DNA of 63,811 bases, filler included, from Nemertoderma westbladi (Eukaryota; Animalia; Xenacoelomorpha), in assembly GCA_032718475.1 (NCBI GenBank). It is 3 parts of 3 records of this genome, joined end to end, with 100 filler letters (N's around TTAATTAATTAA, not from the genome) between each part and the next. Parts side by side here need not be neighbours in the genome. Positions count along the whole stretch, not along the records: positions 1 to 22,889 come from JAUCBJ010003345.1; 2 more parts are not named here. The stretch is one strand, 5' to 3'. Positions 1 to 11,100 of this stretch are shown in pieces. The notes beneath the pieces are model-generated. The model was not told the DNA's origin, did not search any database, and saw only the letters and a program-made list of their open reading frames with translations. Every line of letters starts with the position of its first letter. Position 1 is the stretch's first letter. Made by a program: the position numbers and the translations under genes.

Positions 1-790
1 GCTAAATAACATTGGATTCAATACACACCACATTAATATAAATCGCAATTGTTATATATAGCCGGTCTCTCTAACCTGTAGTGTTATCAAGAAAATTGGG
101 AATTGGGTGATTTATCCGTATTATCCAAATAGCAATATTTCCATCAACAAATATTTACAATTAATAACTGACGGTAAAATAACAGTACAAACAATATGAT
201 TAATGAGTTAGGTGATATTCGATTCGTGAGATTAGTAAGATGCGGTAACAGTTTATACTTTCGATAATTCAAGCAGTTCTGCAGTTCACGGTACAGCAGT
301 ATCTATACAAAAAATGCCGGTGTTTCTGGCTTAGACAGCAATAACAACAAAAGTAACAACTCTCTCTCAAGTAACAACTCTCTCTCTTATTTTCCAAGAA
401 TCCCGTTCAACACATGTAATCAGCAGTGAGACAGGATAATTTCAGTTCAGTAGCTCGGGATTGGTCGAAATCAGAACTAACTCAACGCAGGGCTATGGGT
501 AACTGGGGCAACCTTCCCAAGCCGGCTGGCCAATCGAACAGCTCAGATCCCTCCTAAAGGATTCCAACGCTTTGGAGGGGGGAACTGGTTAGCAAAGAAA
601 ACAAATCAGTCATATCCCAGAAAAACCTTTACAGTAGGTTTCAGAGTATTTTAGCGTATGGGGGAAAAACTGGGTTGCGGGGCGAAGGGCCAGTTACATC
701 CCACAGAAGCTTTTACAGTAATGGTGATGGATTTAAGTATAATAATCAAATTTGTTGGTATAATGATAATATTATAAATACAATAACCTT

Positions 791-1050
791 ACTTCGCCGT
801 AGCTCGCCCCACAACTCATTAATGGCGCCCATATGCTAAGGCTTCACTCGCTTCATGGCTCGCCCCATTTTTTCAATGTTGGAAAGGAATGAAGGGGATG
901 TCGGGTGATGGTGGTAGCGGTAATGATGTTGTGGATGAGGAAGAACTCACTTCATGGCTCGCCCCCATAGGTAGAATAATCAAATTAAAATAATATTATA
1001 AATACCTTATTCTCACTTCGCGGCTCGCCCCCCACAACTTATTGCTTGAC
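791..1050. repeat. Cluster of short degenerate motifs CTTCRYGGCTCGCCCC (probable non-autonomous element remnant)
   Basis: Motif variants at about 791, 851, 950 and 1015. Related copies at about 56612 and, inverted, at about 58520. Confidence 0.4.
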
Positions 1051-1134
1051 AATATTGGTAGCCGCCGTTAGTCTGTGTTTATTCACCTTTTTTTAGTCGT
1101 TGCGTCTGTAATAGTCTATCATGTTAAAGACTTT

Positions 1135-1183
1135 ATTAAATAAATTGGAGATGAGCTGTTGCAACTGTAATTAAAGGTGTAAT
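1135..1183. repeat. Dispersed 49-bp fragment of the 340-bp hammerhead repeat unit
   Basis: ATTAAATAAATTGGAGATGAGCTGTTGCAACTGTAATTAAAGGTGTAAT is identical to 53407-53455. Confidence 0.9.
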
Positions 1184-1528
1184 TTATAACAAACGTCTGC
1201 AACCCACTTACTATATTGGGTTTTACCTATTGCGGTTCAAGGTCAAACGCCGACCGGTAGACACGAATTAATTAAATTACTTCCGTCTGTGGACTGGCCT
1301 TATACCGCATATGTCACATATACACAGTGGTGACATATGTTACATATGCACAATGGTAACCATAGTAACCATGGCGGGGCAAGAATGGTAACCATGGTAA
1401 CCATAGTAAGTGGGTGGGGCAACAATAGTAATTATAGTAAGTAGGCGGGGCAAGAGCCGTTCGGCAAATTCTTTAACATGGTAGACTATGGCAGACACTG
1501 TCTTAATCCCGGTGTTTAGCATACTACT

Positions 1529-2147
1529 AGTATGAGATAGTAGTGAATATTGCACAAAACGAACTTACTACAGTACAACTTATTACTATTACACCAAATA
1601 AACACATAAATGAAATTACCTAACTACAGTATAATCACAACTATATAGCACACAACATAATATAATCTACCAAATAAACACATATGAAATTAGTAGAGGA
1701 GAATTATGTCCCGTTATTCCATAAGGCCAAAGTAATAGGACGAGAAAGTAGGTTGTACTCCCGTTTAGTTCTCGAGAGTTTACATATAAAGAAGTTAGGA
1801 CATCAAGCAATAAACAAACGGGTTTCAGTTGAGGTTGATAACTTTAGCGCAGGAAAAATTAATAAAATCCAATTTAATGATTGACGATAGGAAAAAAAAT
1901 GGTGTGTGTGTGTGGGGGGGGGGGGGTGGTTGTAGATTATATTATGTTGTGTGCTATATAGTTGTGATTATACTGTAGTTAGGTAATTTCATTTGTGTTT
2001 ATTTGGTAGATTATATTATGTTGTGTGCTATATAGTTGTGATTATACTGTAGTTAGGTAATTTCATTTATGTGTTTATTTGGTGTAATAGTAATAAGTTG
2101 TACTGTAGTAAGTTCGTTTTGTGCAATATTCACTACTATCTCATACT
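1529..2147 (+). mobile_element. Penelope-like element 3' remnant flanked by a ~164-bp inverted repeat
   Basis: 1529-1692 is the near-exact reverse complement of 1984-2147. The right arm is built from an internal ~75-bp tandem unit that extends left to about 1932. The arms enclose a GIY-YIG C-terminus-like ORF. Confidence 0.65.
1693..1884 (+). pseudogene. C-terminal fragment of a Penelope-type GIY-YIG endonuclease
   Basis: FHKAKVIGRESRLYSRLVLESLHIKK...AIN fits the PLE endonuclease tail pattern F-x2-AKVI-x2-E-x5-R-x3-ESLHI...IN. The listed ATG comes from the inverted arm. Confidence 0.65.
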
Positions 2148-2354
2148 GTATAAGAATTTATATTTAAGCAACAGAAGTACCACTACCGGTTACCAATTCA
2201 TAATCTGATTCAGTGATTGATAATGGCTGCAATCTGCAGTTGAAATATATTTCTTTGCCTAGGCCCTACCGTACTGCCGTACCGATTCGAATTGTATATA
2301 TAGTACCTAATATACTGCTTGACAATTATATTTTATACTCCGAATTAAACTTAT

Positions 2355-2465
2355 TAATAATTATAATAAAAAACATACAGTATAATAGCAATGTTAGGCA
2401 TCAATATGACACAGATGCAATAGGGTTAGGTTGAGTAACTATGAAAATATGACAATGTGTACGTG
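2355..2465. repeat. Dispersed repeat shared with ~12068-12196
   Basis: TACAGTATAATAGCAATGTTAGGCATCAA..ACAGATGC..TAGG.TTAGGTT.AGTAAC...TGACAATGTGTACGT occurs at both places. Confidence 0.75.
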
Positions 2466-2826
2466 TATGCATAGCGGGATTTCAAGTCTCATATAATACT
2501 CACACTGGCATTGGTTGGTAACAGCGGTCGAGTAGCGGGTAAATCGTTGAGTTGGCAATCATTATAATAGCATAGCGCAGTATATGCGTGTGTGTGGAAG
2601 AGGGAGAGGTCCACGACTGACTATCGTAAAGAGTATGAAAATGTGACCACGTGTACGTGTACACATAGCGGGATTTCAAGTCTCATATAACACTCACACT
2701 GGTGCTGGTTGGTAAGAGCGGTCGAGTAGCGAGTAAATCGTTGAGTTGGCAATCAATATAATAGCATAGCGCAGTATATGCATATGTGTGAAAGAGGGCA
2801 AGGTCCACGACTGACTTTCGTAAAGA
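2440..2826. repeat. Two diverged tandem copies of a ~194-bp unit
   Basis: Units start with TATGAAAAT at 2440 and 2634. They share CATAGCGGGATTTCAAGTCTCATATAA and GGTCCACGACTGACT. Confidence 0.85.
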
Positions 2827-3089
2827 TGAGGGGATACTATATTAGATCATTGTCGTCATTGTCATGGTAGCGAGGCAAAAGGGAGAGTAACTGGGGCTAG
2901 GCATGCATCGCGAGGTTGGGCTATGCTTTTTTGAATATTGATCATTGGTTGATGCAACGATGCAAATCAATACTGGCGGCAGATGGTCGTTGAAATCAAT
3001 AAAAATTGAGGATTTTCAATAGCCCTCCGAGATAAGCTCATAGAACAACATAGGGAGGGCTTGTCGGAGGGACCCTTTCTTCCTACTAC

Positions 3090-4894
3090 TGATGTCTCTA
3101 CCATTGAAAATGAGTTAGAACGAGTGTGGTTAATGAAGAGTATTGGGGAGCGGTTAGATTTAGGAATATCGTTGGCTAGTTTAGGTCCTATGGTAGTAAA
3201 GTGCAGGTTGAAAGCTTTAGCAATTTGCTTTGGGTCGGAGATGGTTTTGGCAGAATTATCAGTATGGATAGTTAGTTTTTTTGGAGTATTTAAATGTTTT
3301 GTTTTATTTAATGCAGAGTTTATAATTATCCATGTTTTGCGTATGTCACCTGAGTTAGTTTCGAATTCACTAGAGTAATAGGCCTTCTCGGCAGCCCGTA
3401 GAGTAGAAGTTAATTTATTCCTATAGGTTTTGTAAGCAAGAGTATTAGCAGCGGTAGGATTCCTAATGTAAGTTCTGTATAATTTGTTTTTATTAATGAA
3501 GCTTTTGATAAGATTGTCAGTCATCCAGGGTTTAGATAATTTTTTACAGGGTGGAATAGATTTCTTAGGTAAATGTTTGTCACGGATAGAATTAAAATCG
3601 GAGTAGGAAGAGTCTAGTTTGTCCTTGTCGGCTATAGTTGGAGTTAGATAAGACCAAGATTTACTACTGGCTATGTCTCTTAGAAATTGATCCTTGTTAA
3701 AACGTGAGTAATCGAATATTGTATGTAGAGCTGCTGGATGAAAAAAACAGGAGTATTTCTGGAGGAAAAACGAATGTAGCATAGTGATCAGAAGTGCCTA
3801 TTTGTGAGTTAAAGTACTGGCTGTAGTAGTATAATTAGTAATGTTAGTAAGTATATGATCTATAAGAGTTTCAGAATGTATTGTCTGATCTGGTAGTTCA
3901 TTATGAAAAACACGCGTTGGTTGGTTGATAAGTTGTATAAAACCGTAGGAATTGATGAGATCAGTATAGGATTTGGAAGTAGTGGTTGATTTTATAAGGT
4001 TGATATTAATATCTCCTGTGATAATTACATCATAGTTGTTTTTAGTAAGTTCAGTTAGAACTAGATCGAGTAATTCAAGAAAATCAGTTGGGAGTACAGA
4101 ATGTCTACGGTAAATAGTGCCTATAATTAAGGGCTTGGCATTTTGTGGTCTTTTGATTTGCACCCATAAATTTTCAAGGCCATTCATTTTTAAATCAGGA
4201 CGTGGGGACACATCCAGGGATTCCTTGACATAGATAGCAGTACCACCACGATTTAATTTGTCGCCTTTTTCCGAATGTCAAGATAAGGGGTGTGAAAACC
4301 GGGAAAAGTGATTTCATTTAAATTCGAGTTACTGTCTAAAAAAGTATCTGAAAAAGTGATGACATCGAATTTGGTAGTTAATGTTAAGAGAAAAGTTTCA
4401 ATATCAGATTTATTTTTGGGTAAGCTGCGAGCATTAAGATGGAATATTTTTAGGCCTGTATTATCTAAATTTTTAAAGTCATTGTTAAAAGTATCTTCTG
4501 TAAAATAACCATTATTTATATTAAATGATACTGTATTATTTTCGGGGTCAAGCTGGCTAAATGTTTGGTTTAGAATGTTTGAGTCTGTGTCATCATTTAT
4601 TTCAGGAGATAAATAGTGAAAAATGTCACTGTCATTATTGTCTACAACGGAAAACGGAAATATATCGAAATTGCAGAATAAACAGTAAACATAGGACATT
4701 ATTGGGGTGGCTTCTATCTCAGAGCTGGATTGGTAAGATCCATAATGTGCATGATATGAATGGCCACAAATATTACATTTAAAGTAGTAGTCCAAGGAGA
4801 TAAATTGAGAGAAGCAGAACGTGCATGAAGGGGTAGAAGGTTCATGCATGGGGCGTTTAGTAAAGTGGGTGAGATGGCATGAAATGATGAGCAA
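3090..4894 (-). mobile_element. Degraded CR1/L2-group LINE ORF2 fragment (Cys-rich PHD-like N-terminus, AP endonuclease, linker; no RT)
   Basis: Three frameshifted ORFs carry CxxC...CxxC..H...CxxC..FPF, IFHLNARSL, IIGTIYR, ITGDINI, QPTRV, LIDHILTN, KPWMT, YKTYRNKLT and IAKAFNLHFTTIG. Similarity ends before the RT domain. Confidence 0.85.
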
Positions 4895-5059
4895 ATGATG
4901 TTAGTAGTAATATTAACCACTATAAATCATGACATATACACCTGACTGAAATGACATAATATAACAATTAATAATAAGAAATATTTTAGAACTAACAGTA
5001 ATATATATAAAAACAGTATTAATTTAAATTAATTTTTTTTTTAATTAATTTAAATTTAA

Positions 5060-5257
5060 TAAATTTTAATACCTTTTTATAATGACAAATATTTCTAAAT
5101 TAATGAGGGGTCAATTGTACGTTACCTTTTAGAACATTTAATGCAGTATTTACAATGAGGCGTATTAATTCGTTACTCGCAGTATGGTTAATAAAATAAG
5201 TTCTTTTATAGAACTTACTTCCAATTCGTTATAATATTTCTGCACAAGTCTATTCAT
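5060..5257 (-). pseudogene. Small conserved Polinton protein of the ALNVLKGNVxL type
   Basis: Manual translation gives MNRLVQKYYNEL, a frameshift, then ASNELIRLIVNTALNVLKGNVQLTPH*FRNICHYKKVLKF. It lies just downstream of the ATPase. Recognised from memory of Polinton ORFs. Confidence 0.55.
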
Positions 5258-5317
5258 TGTTGCAAAATTATTGAAAATTTTTACAAAATATTAATTATCA
5301 TTATTATTATAATAATT

Positions 5318-5751
5318 TAATAATTTAAAACTAATATATGGCTATTAATTGATCTTGTACAGTTATGCTTCCCACCGTAAAACATGTTTTGCATTATGAA
5401 ACAAATAAATATATTGGAATGATGAGCAACCTTAGTAAACAATACAGTTAAGGCTGTACTGGACTCGGTTTCTGTTAATAAATCATCTATAATTAATAAA
5501 TCTCAACTATTTACTAAACTGTCTACATTTTCAGGCAAACCTTTGTAAAGGTGAGTAATACCAGGAATAGTTGGGGGATTGCTCCCGTAACAATACAATA
5601 CTCGCAAGGGGGGTTCGTTGAAGCAACCATTCTTGTGTTTAATTAAGTTGCCAACAAAGGTAGATTTACCTGAACCAGATGGATCAGATATTATCATACT
5701 CGTTCCCATTTGAAAGTTTAAATTATATGGACCTGAATTAAAGTCAGCCAT
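5318..5751 (-). pseudogene. Polinton-type A32/FtsK-like DNA packaging ATPase
   Basis: Walker A IISDPSGSGKST, then RVLYCYG and GLP. Past the TGA at 5503-5505 the frame continues DLLIIDDLL (Walker B), LFTKVAHHSNI, IMQNMFYGGK and RSINSH. Confidence 0.85.
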
Positions 5752-6172
5752 TTATTATTATTATTAAGATATATCAACAATACAATATAATATAATATAA
5801 CATAAAGAACCATCACCATTACTATGTATATAACAATAATTGATGCAACTATAATATTAGTACTGTATATTTAATAAACATGTGTCGCAACTGTCTCCCA
5901 ACTATAGGCGCTATTTCCAATTGTTGTATAGACTTAATCAATGTAATTCAATGAATATTAGCATCTTTAAACGCGAGATAATAATAGGTAATATTAGCAG
6001 CCCTGAAATCACTTCCCTGGAATTTTGCGCTAATGATTTTTCTATGTTCGCTGCTGAAAAAATAAGGGACATAGTAGCAACACCTTCGTACTATATTTCT
6101 ATAAAAAATATTCTCCAATATTGTAAATAAATCACCAGGATCATTACTTTGTGTGGAAATATAAGTTATATT

Positions 6173-6397
6173 TCATAGCTCTTTCCAATAATAGGGTTCG
6201 TATCCTGCTAACTTCATATTTAACTTAGATATGGGTGCGCGACAAATAGGACAAATTTTAGAACAATAATTATTCATTTCAGAATATTGTACAATACATC
6301 TCACGCAAGTTCTATGTTTATTTTAACATTTATAATAATCTTGATGTTGCAATAATTTAGAATAGCAAACTGGACATTTTTTGTTTAAAATATCCAT
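6173..6397 (-). pseudogene. Small C3HC4 RING-finger gene with one internal stop
   Basis: Manual translation: MDILNKKCPVCYSKLLQHQDYYKC*NKHRTCVRCIVQYSEMNNYCSKICPICRAPISKLNMKLAGYEPYYWKEL*. All eight zinc ligands are present. Confidence 0.8.
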
Positions 6398-7281
6398 TTT
6401 CCAAACTACTACTTCCAACAAACTTCCACTACTACAAACTTCCATACTACTACAATTTTCGATTATTTAAAATTTGATTTTTTTCATAGTTAAAAAAATC
6501 AAAATTTTAAAAATAATCATAAAATATTTATAATATAACGGAAAAAGTCAAGAATCGATGATATTATCAACAAATTCAACATTATCTGTTGATTCTTCAG
6601 TCTCGAAAAAGGATTCGTTTGAAATCATTACAATAAAGAAAGACATAATTTCGTAGGGATTATGCTGATTTAGCTGTATTTCAAACTTTTCACCACCCTC
6701 GTTTTATTGTGTAATAACAATTAACCCATCTATCATTGATAATAGTAAGATGTTGATTAATTTTCCCTCATTATCAACTTTTAGGTTGTAATCGAAGAGA
6801 TGAATGGTATTTTCAGAAGCATCAATATCAATTGTGCTTAAAACTTTCCTGGCTTTTTAGAAAAATCAATTTTATATTTATTATCTCCCCGGCGGTAAAT
6901 TGTATAATCAATAATAATATAGGGCTCGCCATCTTCTGCAAAAAATGAATGTCTTACTATCGGCATAACCATATGCTGGGCTCTAACTGCTGAGGACACC
7001 AAATCTCTAGATGGCACATTCCCAAGAATGCTATGCTGGGTTTATTGTATCATATTGATTTTACTCGTTGAGCGCAGCGAGGCAAGTAAAGTAGACGAGT
7101 AGGCCCTGCTACTGTAATGTAATTTTACAGTTTTATCAGCGTGATATACTGCACTGTACTGTAGCAGTACAGCTGTCAGGCTGTACTGCTGTAGGCCTAC
7201 CGCTACCGGCTGACCGGTACCGGTACCTGAACTACGCTTACTGTCCGAATGATTGTATTTTGTGAATCCTTATAGTTGGAA

Positions 7282-8130
7282 ATGGCGACCAGAAATAAAA
7301 ACAGAAAATCGCAAGGTGATATCAGATTGGAATCGATACAGGATGTACGTTGCTTGACTGAAGCACAACTCAATAAACTACCTAACGCTCAACTAAAAGC
7401 CGCACTAGGTCTATATCGCCAAGTAGATACTGTTGAACAAACCGACTCCAGTGATGACGATATTACGGAGCTGGCAATAAATCGAGTGAGTTCGTCTAAC
7501 AAAGAAATCCCTAATAGTCGTTTACTCGAAGAAATTAAATTACTGCGTCAAGAAGTTAAACAAATAACGGAACTAAAATCGACGGTAACTCATCTAACAA
7601 AGGAACTAAATCGAGCTTTTACAATGATTGAAAAACAGCAGGTATTCTTGGAAAGAATGGATTCAAAGAATCGTGAACGAAACATTGTTATTTACGGACT
7701 ACCGGAAGTAAGCGACGAACGCAGCATTGATCTACTTGAAAAGGTAAAAGAAACACTTAGTGCTGCTAATGGCCCTACACCAACTGCGGTGTGGGAAGTC
7801 AAACGGGTGGGTATGCCAACTCGCACGGGACAACATGATTACCCTCGAAAGAGACCAGTGATGGTCACAGTTCCTGATAGTGATACAAGAAATATGATAC
7901 TAAAGGCAGCGCGAAACCTCAAAGATAAACCGTTGTACAAGAAGATTTACATTAAACCTGATGTACACCCTCTCATACGTATAGAAGAACAGCGCCTTCG
8001 TAAGCGAGCCTGGGAAGAAAGATCTCGAGAAGAGAATTCTGGATGCAATATTACGTAGGACTTCAGGAAGCGTCAGGTGCTACGTGACGGAGTTGTAATT
8101 GATAAATTCTCGCCAAACTACACACTATAG
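7282..8130 (+). CDS. LINE ORF1 (coiled coil plus RRM-like RNA-binding domain), with an internal TAG at 8056-8058
   Basis: A coiled-coil segment is followed by RERNIVIYGLPE, RPVMVT and IYIKPD. The frame continues past the TAG as DFRKRQVLRDGVVIDKFSPNYTL to a TAG at 8128-8130. Confidence 0.8.
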
Positions 8131-11100
8131 GGGGGGCTTACACGACGGGCTGAAATACAGAAATTAAACTTATGTACATGGAATATTGGTGGAGTTCGGG
8201 ATAAATTGAATAACTGTAGAATTTTTGCCTTCATTCATGAATATGATCTTGTATGGATCCAAGAAACTAAAACTCGTGCCAAGATTAAGGTACCAGGCTA
8301 TATGGTGTATCCCAACCCATCTAAGAATCCAAATCGTGGTGGAATAATCCTTTTGGTAAAAAATTGGTTGACAGAATATATTAAAAATGTAGACAATACT
8401 TCGGTGGAAGGGGCAATATGGGTTGAACTAGATAACTTCTCAGATATGGTTTTTGGCGGGGTTTACATTCCTCCTGTAGACTCACCATACTTCGATATTG
8501 GCTTATTTGCAGAGCTACAAAGAAAACTCACCACCCTAGAAAACTTTATACTACTTGGTGATTTTAATGCCAGAGTTGGGCGACCAAACTTGATATTTAC
8601 TGCACCAAACATTGAAGGAATGGAACCACAAAATTTACGATATGAGTCGATTAATGATCCAATAATAAATAGTAATGGCAATATTTTTAGGAACTTATGT
8701 CAATGTGCAAACGCAGTTATATGTAATAATTTGAATATAGGTCCCTTACACTTGCAGGGGGGACTCACCTATCGGAAAGGGACCAATTGGGTCTCGGAGA
8801 TAGACCTATGCGCTGTTAATATAGGATTGGTCCACGCAGTTAAATCACTTTCCCTTCATAATTCAGTAGCTGGATCAGATCACGCACCTGTATCGGTATG
8901 TTTAGAGCTCAAAATACATAATAAACTGGGTAATATACAAAAACGTGTAGAACTTCTAGGGAAAACTGACTTCGAAAGTCGCACATCGTTCGATACAAAT
9001 GGAGTTAAGAAAGGAAAATGTTTCCAAAAGGTAGATATGGATAAATTTATGTCCAAAATGGAAAGAATTGACCCCCCTATAGTTACAGAGGACAATTTAA
9101 ATCAACAGGACATACAAAGAATCATAGATGAATGGTTTAATACTGTGGATGACACCGCAAGTGAATGCAGCCTACTGCTTGATGATAAGCGCATTAGAAA
9201 CCAGGATCAAAATATTTCCCGTTGGATAAAACTTCTAACCTCCCATGATAGCAAAGAAATATGGAATGCTTTAGACTGGAACGGTTGTATAGATGAAGTT
9301 AATAAATCAGTGGGTGAACAACATGATAGTCCAAGCGACGATCAGTTCAAACATCATTTCGAAACACTCTTAAATCCAGATAATGAGTCGATTGGCATGG
9401 ACGAGGTGGATACATCAGATGGACCTTTCATTCCTTTATTGGACAACCCCTTTTCGGAAAGAGAGCTAGTGGAAAGTCTCGCGGATCTGAAACCTGGGAA
9501 AGGCTATATCGGCGTTAGTCCAGGTCTTATTACGCGTCTACCAGGATCCTGGTTGTTATTTATTCTCTCTATGTTTAACGCAATATTCTTAAATACGGTT
9601 TTTCCTGCAACATGGGCAATCAGTAAACTTATCGTATGCTTCAAATCTGGTACACGATCCGAGTGCGGTAACTACCGTGGATTAAGTATTATGTATACAC
9701 TTGCTAAGTTATTTGATATACTTTTATACAATCGTTTAAGGGTATGGGTTAATATAGATAAATGCCAAGCAGGAGCGCAAAAAAATAGAGGTTGTCTGGA
9801 ACAGATAATGAGTCTACGCCTTTTGATAGACTTCGCTAAGTTTAAAAAGTGTAAATTGTTTATAATATTCATTGATTATAGCAAAGCCTATGATCGGGTA
9901 CCGAGACAAAAATTAATAGCGGAACTCAAACTACTGGGATGCGGAGCTGTAATGTTATCAATAATAAAGGCCCTGTATTCTGGGACAAAATCAATACTGA
10001 AATCAACAGTGATTTTTACAGCGATAGGAGTAAGGCAAGGTGCTCCGACTAGCGGACTGCTATTTTGCTTATATCTTAACAGACTAATTAGAATGTTAAA
10101 AGATGCAGTCCGACAAGATGGCTTTTTGGGGGGATTAGTGGCTCTCCTGTTTATGGATGATACAGTAATTCTTTCAACAACTCGAGATATAAGTGTAATT
10201 AAATTAAAACGGTTGGCAGAATTTTGTAGAATTTCAGGGATGGTAGTAAATGAAAAGAAAAGTAAATTTTTTGTAATAAATGGGAATAACTCAGATAGAT
10301 TACCGTTTCAGATGGATATTTTTACTATTCGTGCATGTGAATCTTATGTATATTTAGGGTCTATATTTTCAGCAGATGGTAGAATTTCTACAGTATTAAA
10401 GCTACATGAAATCAAATGCGAGCACATTGTAAATAAATTTACCATATTTTGTATGAGAAATTCCGAAATACCTTTTGCATTAAAGAGACGAGTTTTTGAT
10501 GCTTGTGTAGTTAGCGCTCTTTTATATGGTTCTGAGTCATGGTTAAGTAATAATTTGAGAAATATTGAGAAGCTATATAATAGACTAGTTAGGATATTAC
10601 TTTCTGTGCGTACACAAACCCCAATAGATATATGTTTAATAGAATCAGGTATCCCGCCATTGAAACACTGGATTTTAACAGCTCGTAAACGTTATGTGAA
10701 ACAACTATTATTATTATGTGACAATGAATTACCCATAGTTAAGGTTTTTAATATGTGCAATATGAATAACACCCCTGGTTATAAATTACTAATGGAATCC
10801 CTCGACTATAATAATAAGGACCCTCTAGATACTATTAGAACGAAGATAATAAATAAGCCAATGACAGCGACTAAATTTAATACGTACAGAACTACAATGA
10901 ACCCCGACTTGGAACCACACCCCATTTACTCCTGTTTAAATCCGCTGATCCCCGACCACAACAGAAAACATTTCACTAAATTGCGTCTAATGTCCCACAG
11001 ACTTAAGGTTGAAACGGGTCGTTGGAGTCGCATCCCTCCTGAGCAACGTATCTGCTGCTGTAACACAAACCTAGTACAAGACGAGCCTCACGTACTATTA

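Larger units (their letters stand above)
5060..6964 (-). mobile_element. Polinton/Maverick (adintovirus-like) relic
   Basis: Compact, intronless, co-oriented, AT-rich decayed ORFs: packaging ATPase, adjacent small conserved gene, RING gene and unknown ORFs. Boundaries are approximate, and the relic appears to resume after 11820. Confidence 0.7.

Noticed and set aside
1340-1555. 71-aa ORF with YHGYH / MVTMVT repeats
   Set aside because: It derives from short 9-bp ATGGTAACC-type repeats and has no coding evidence.
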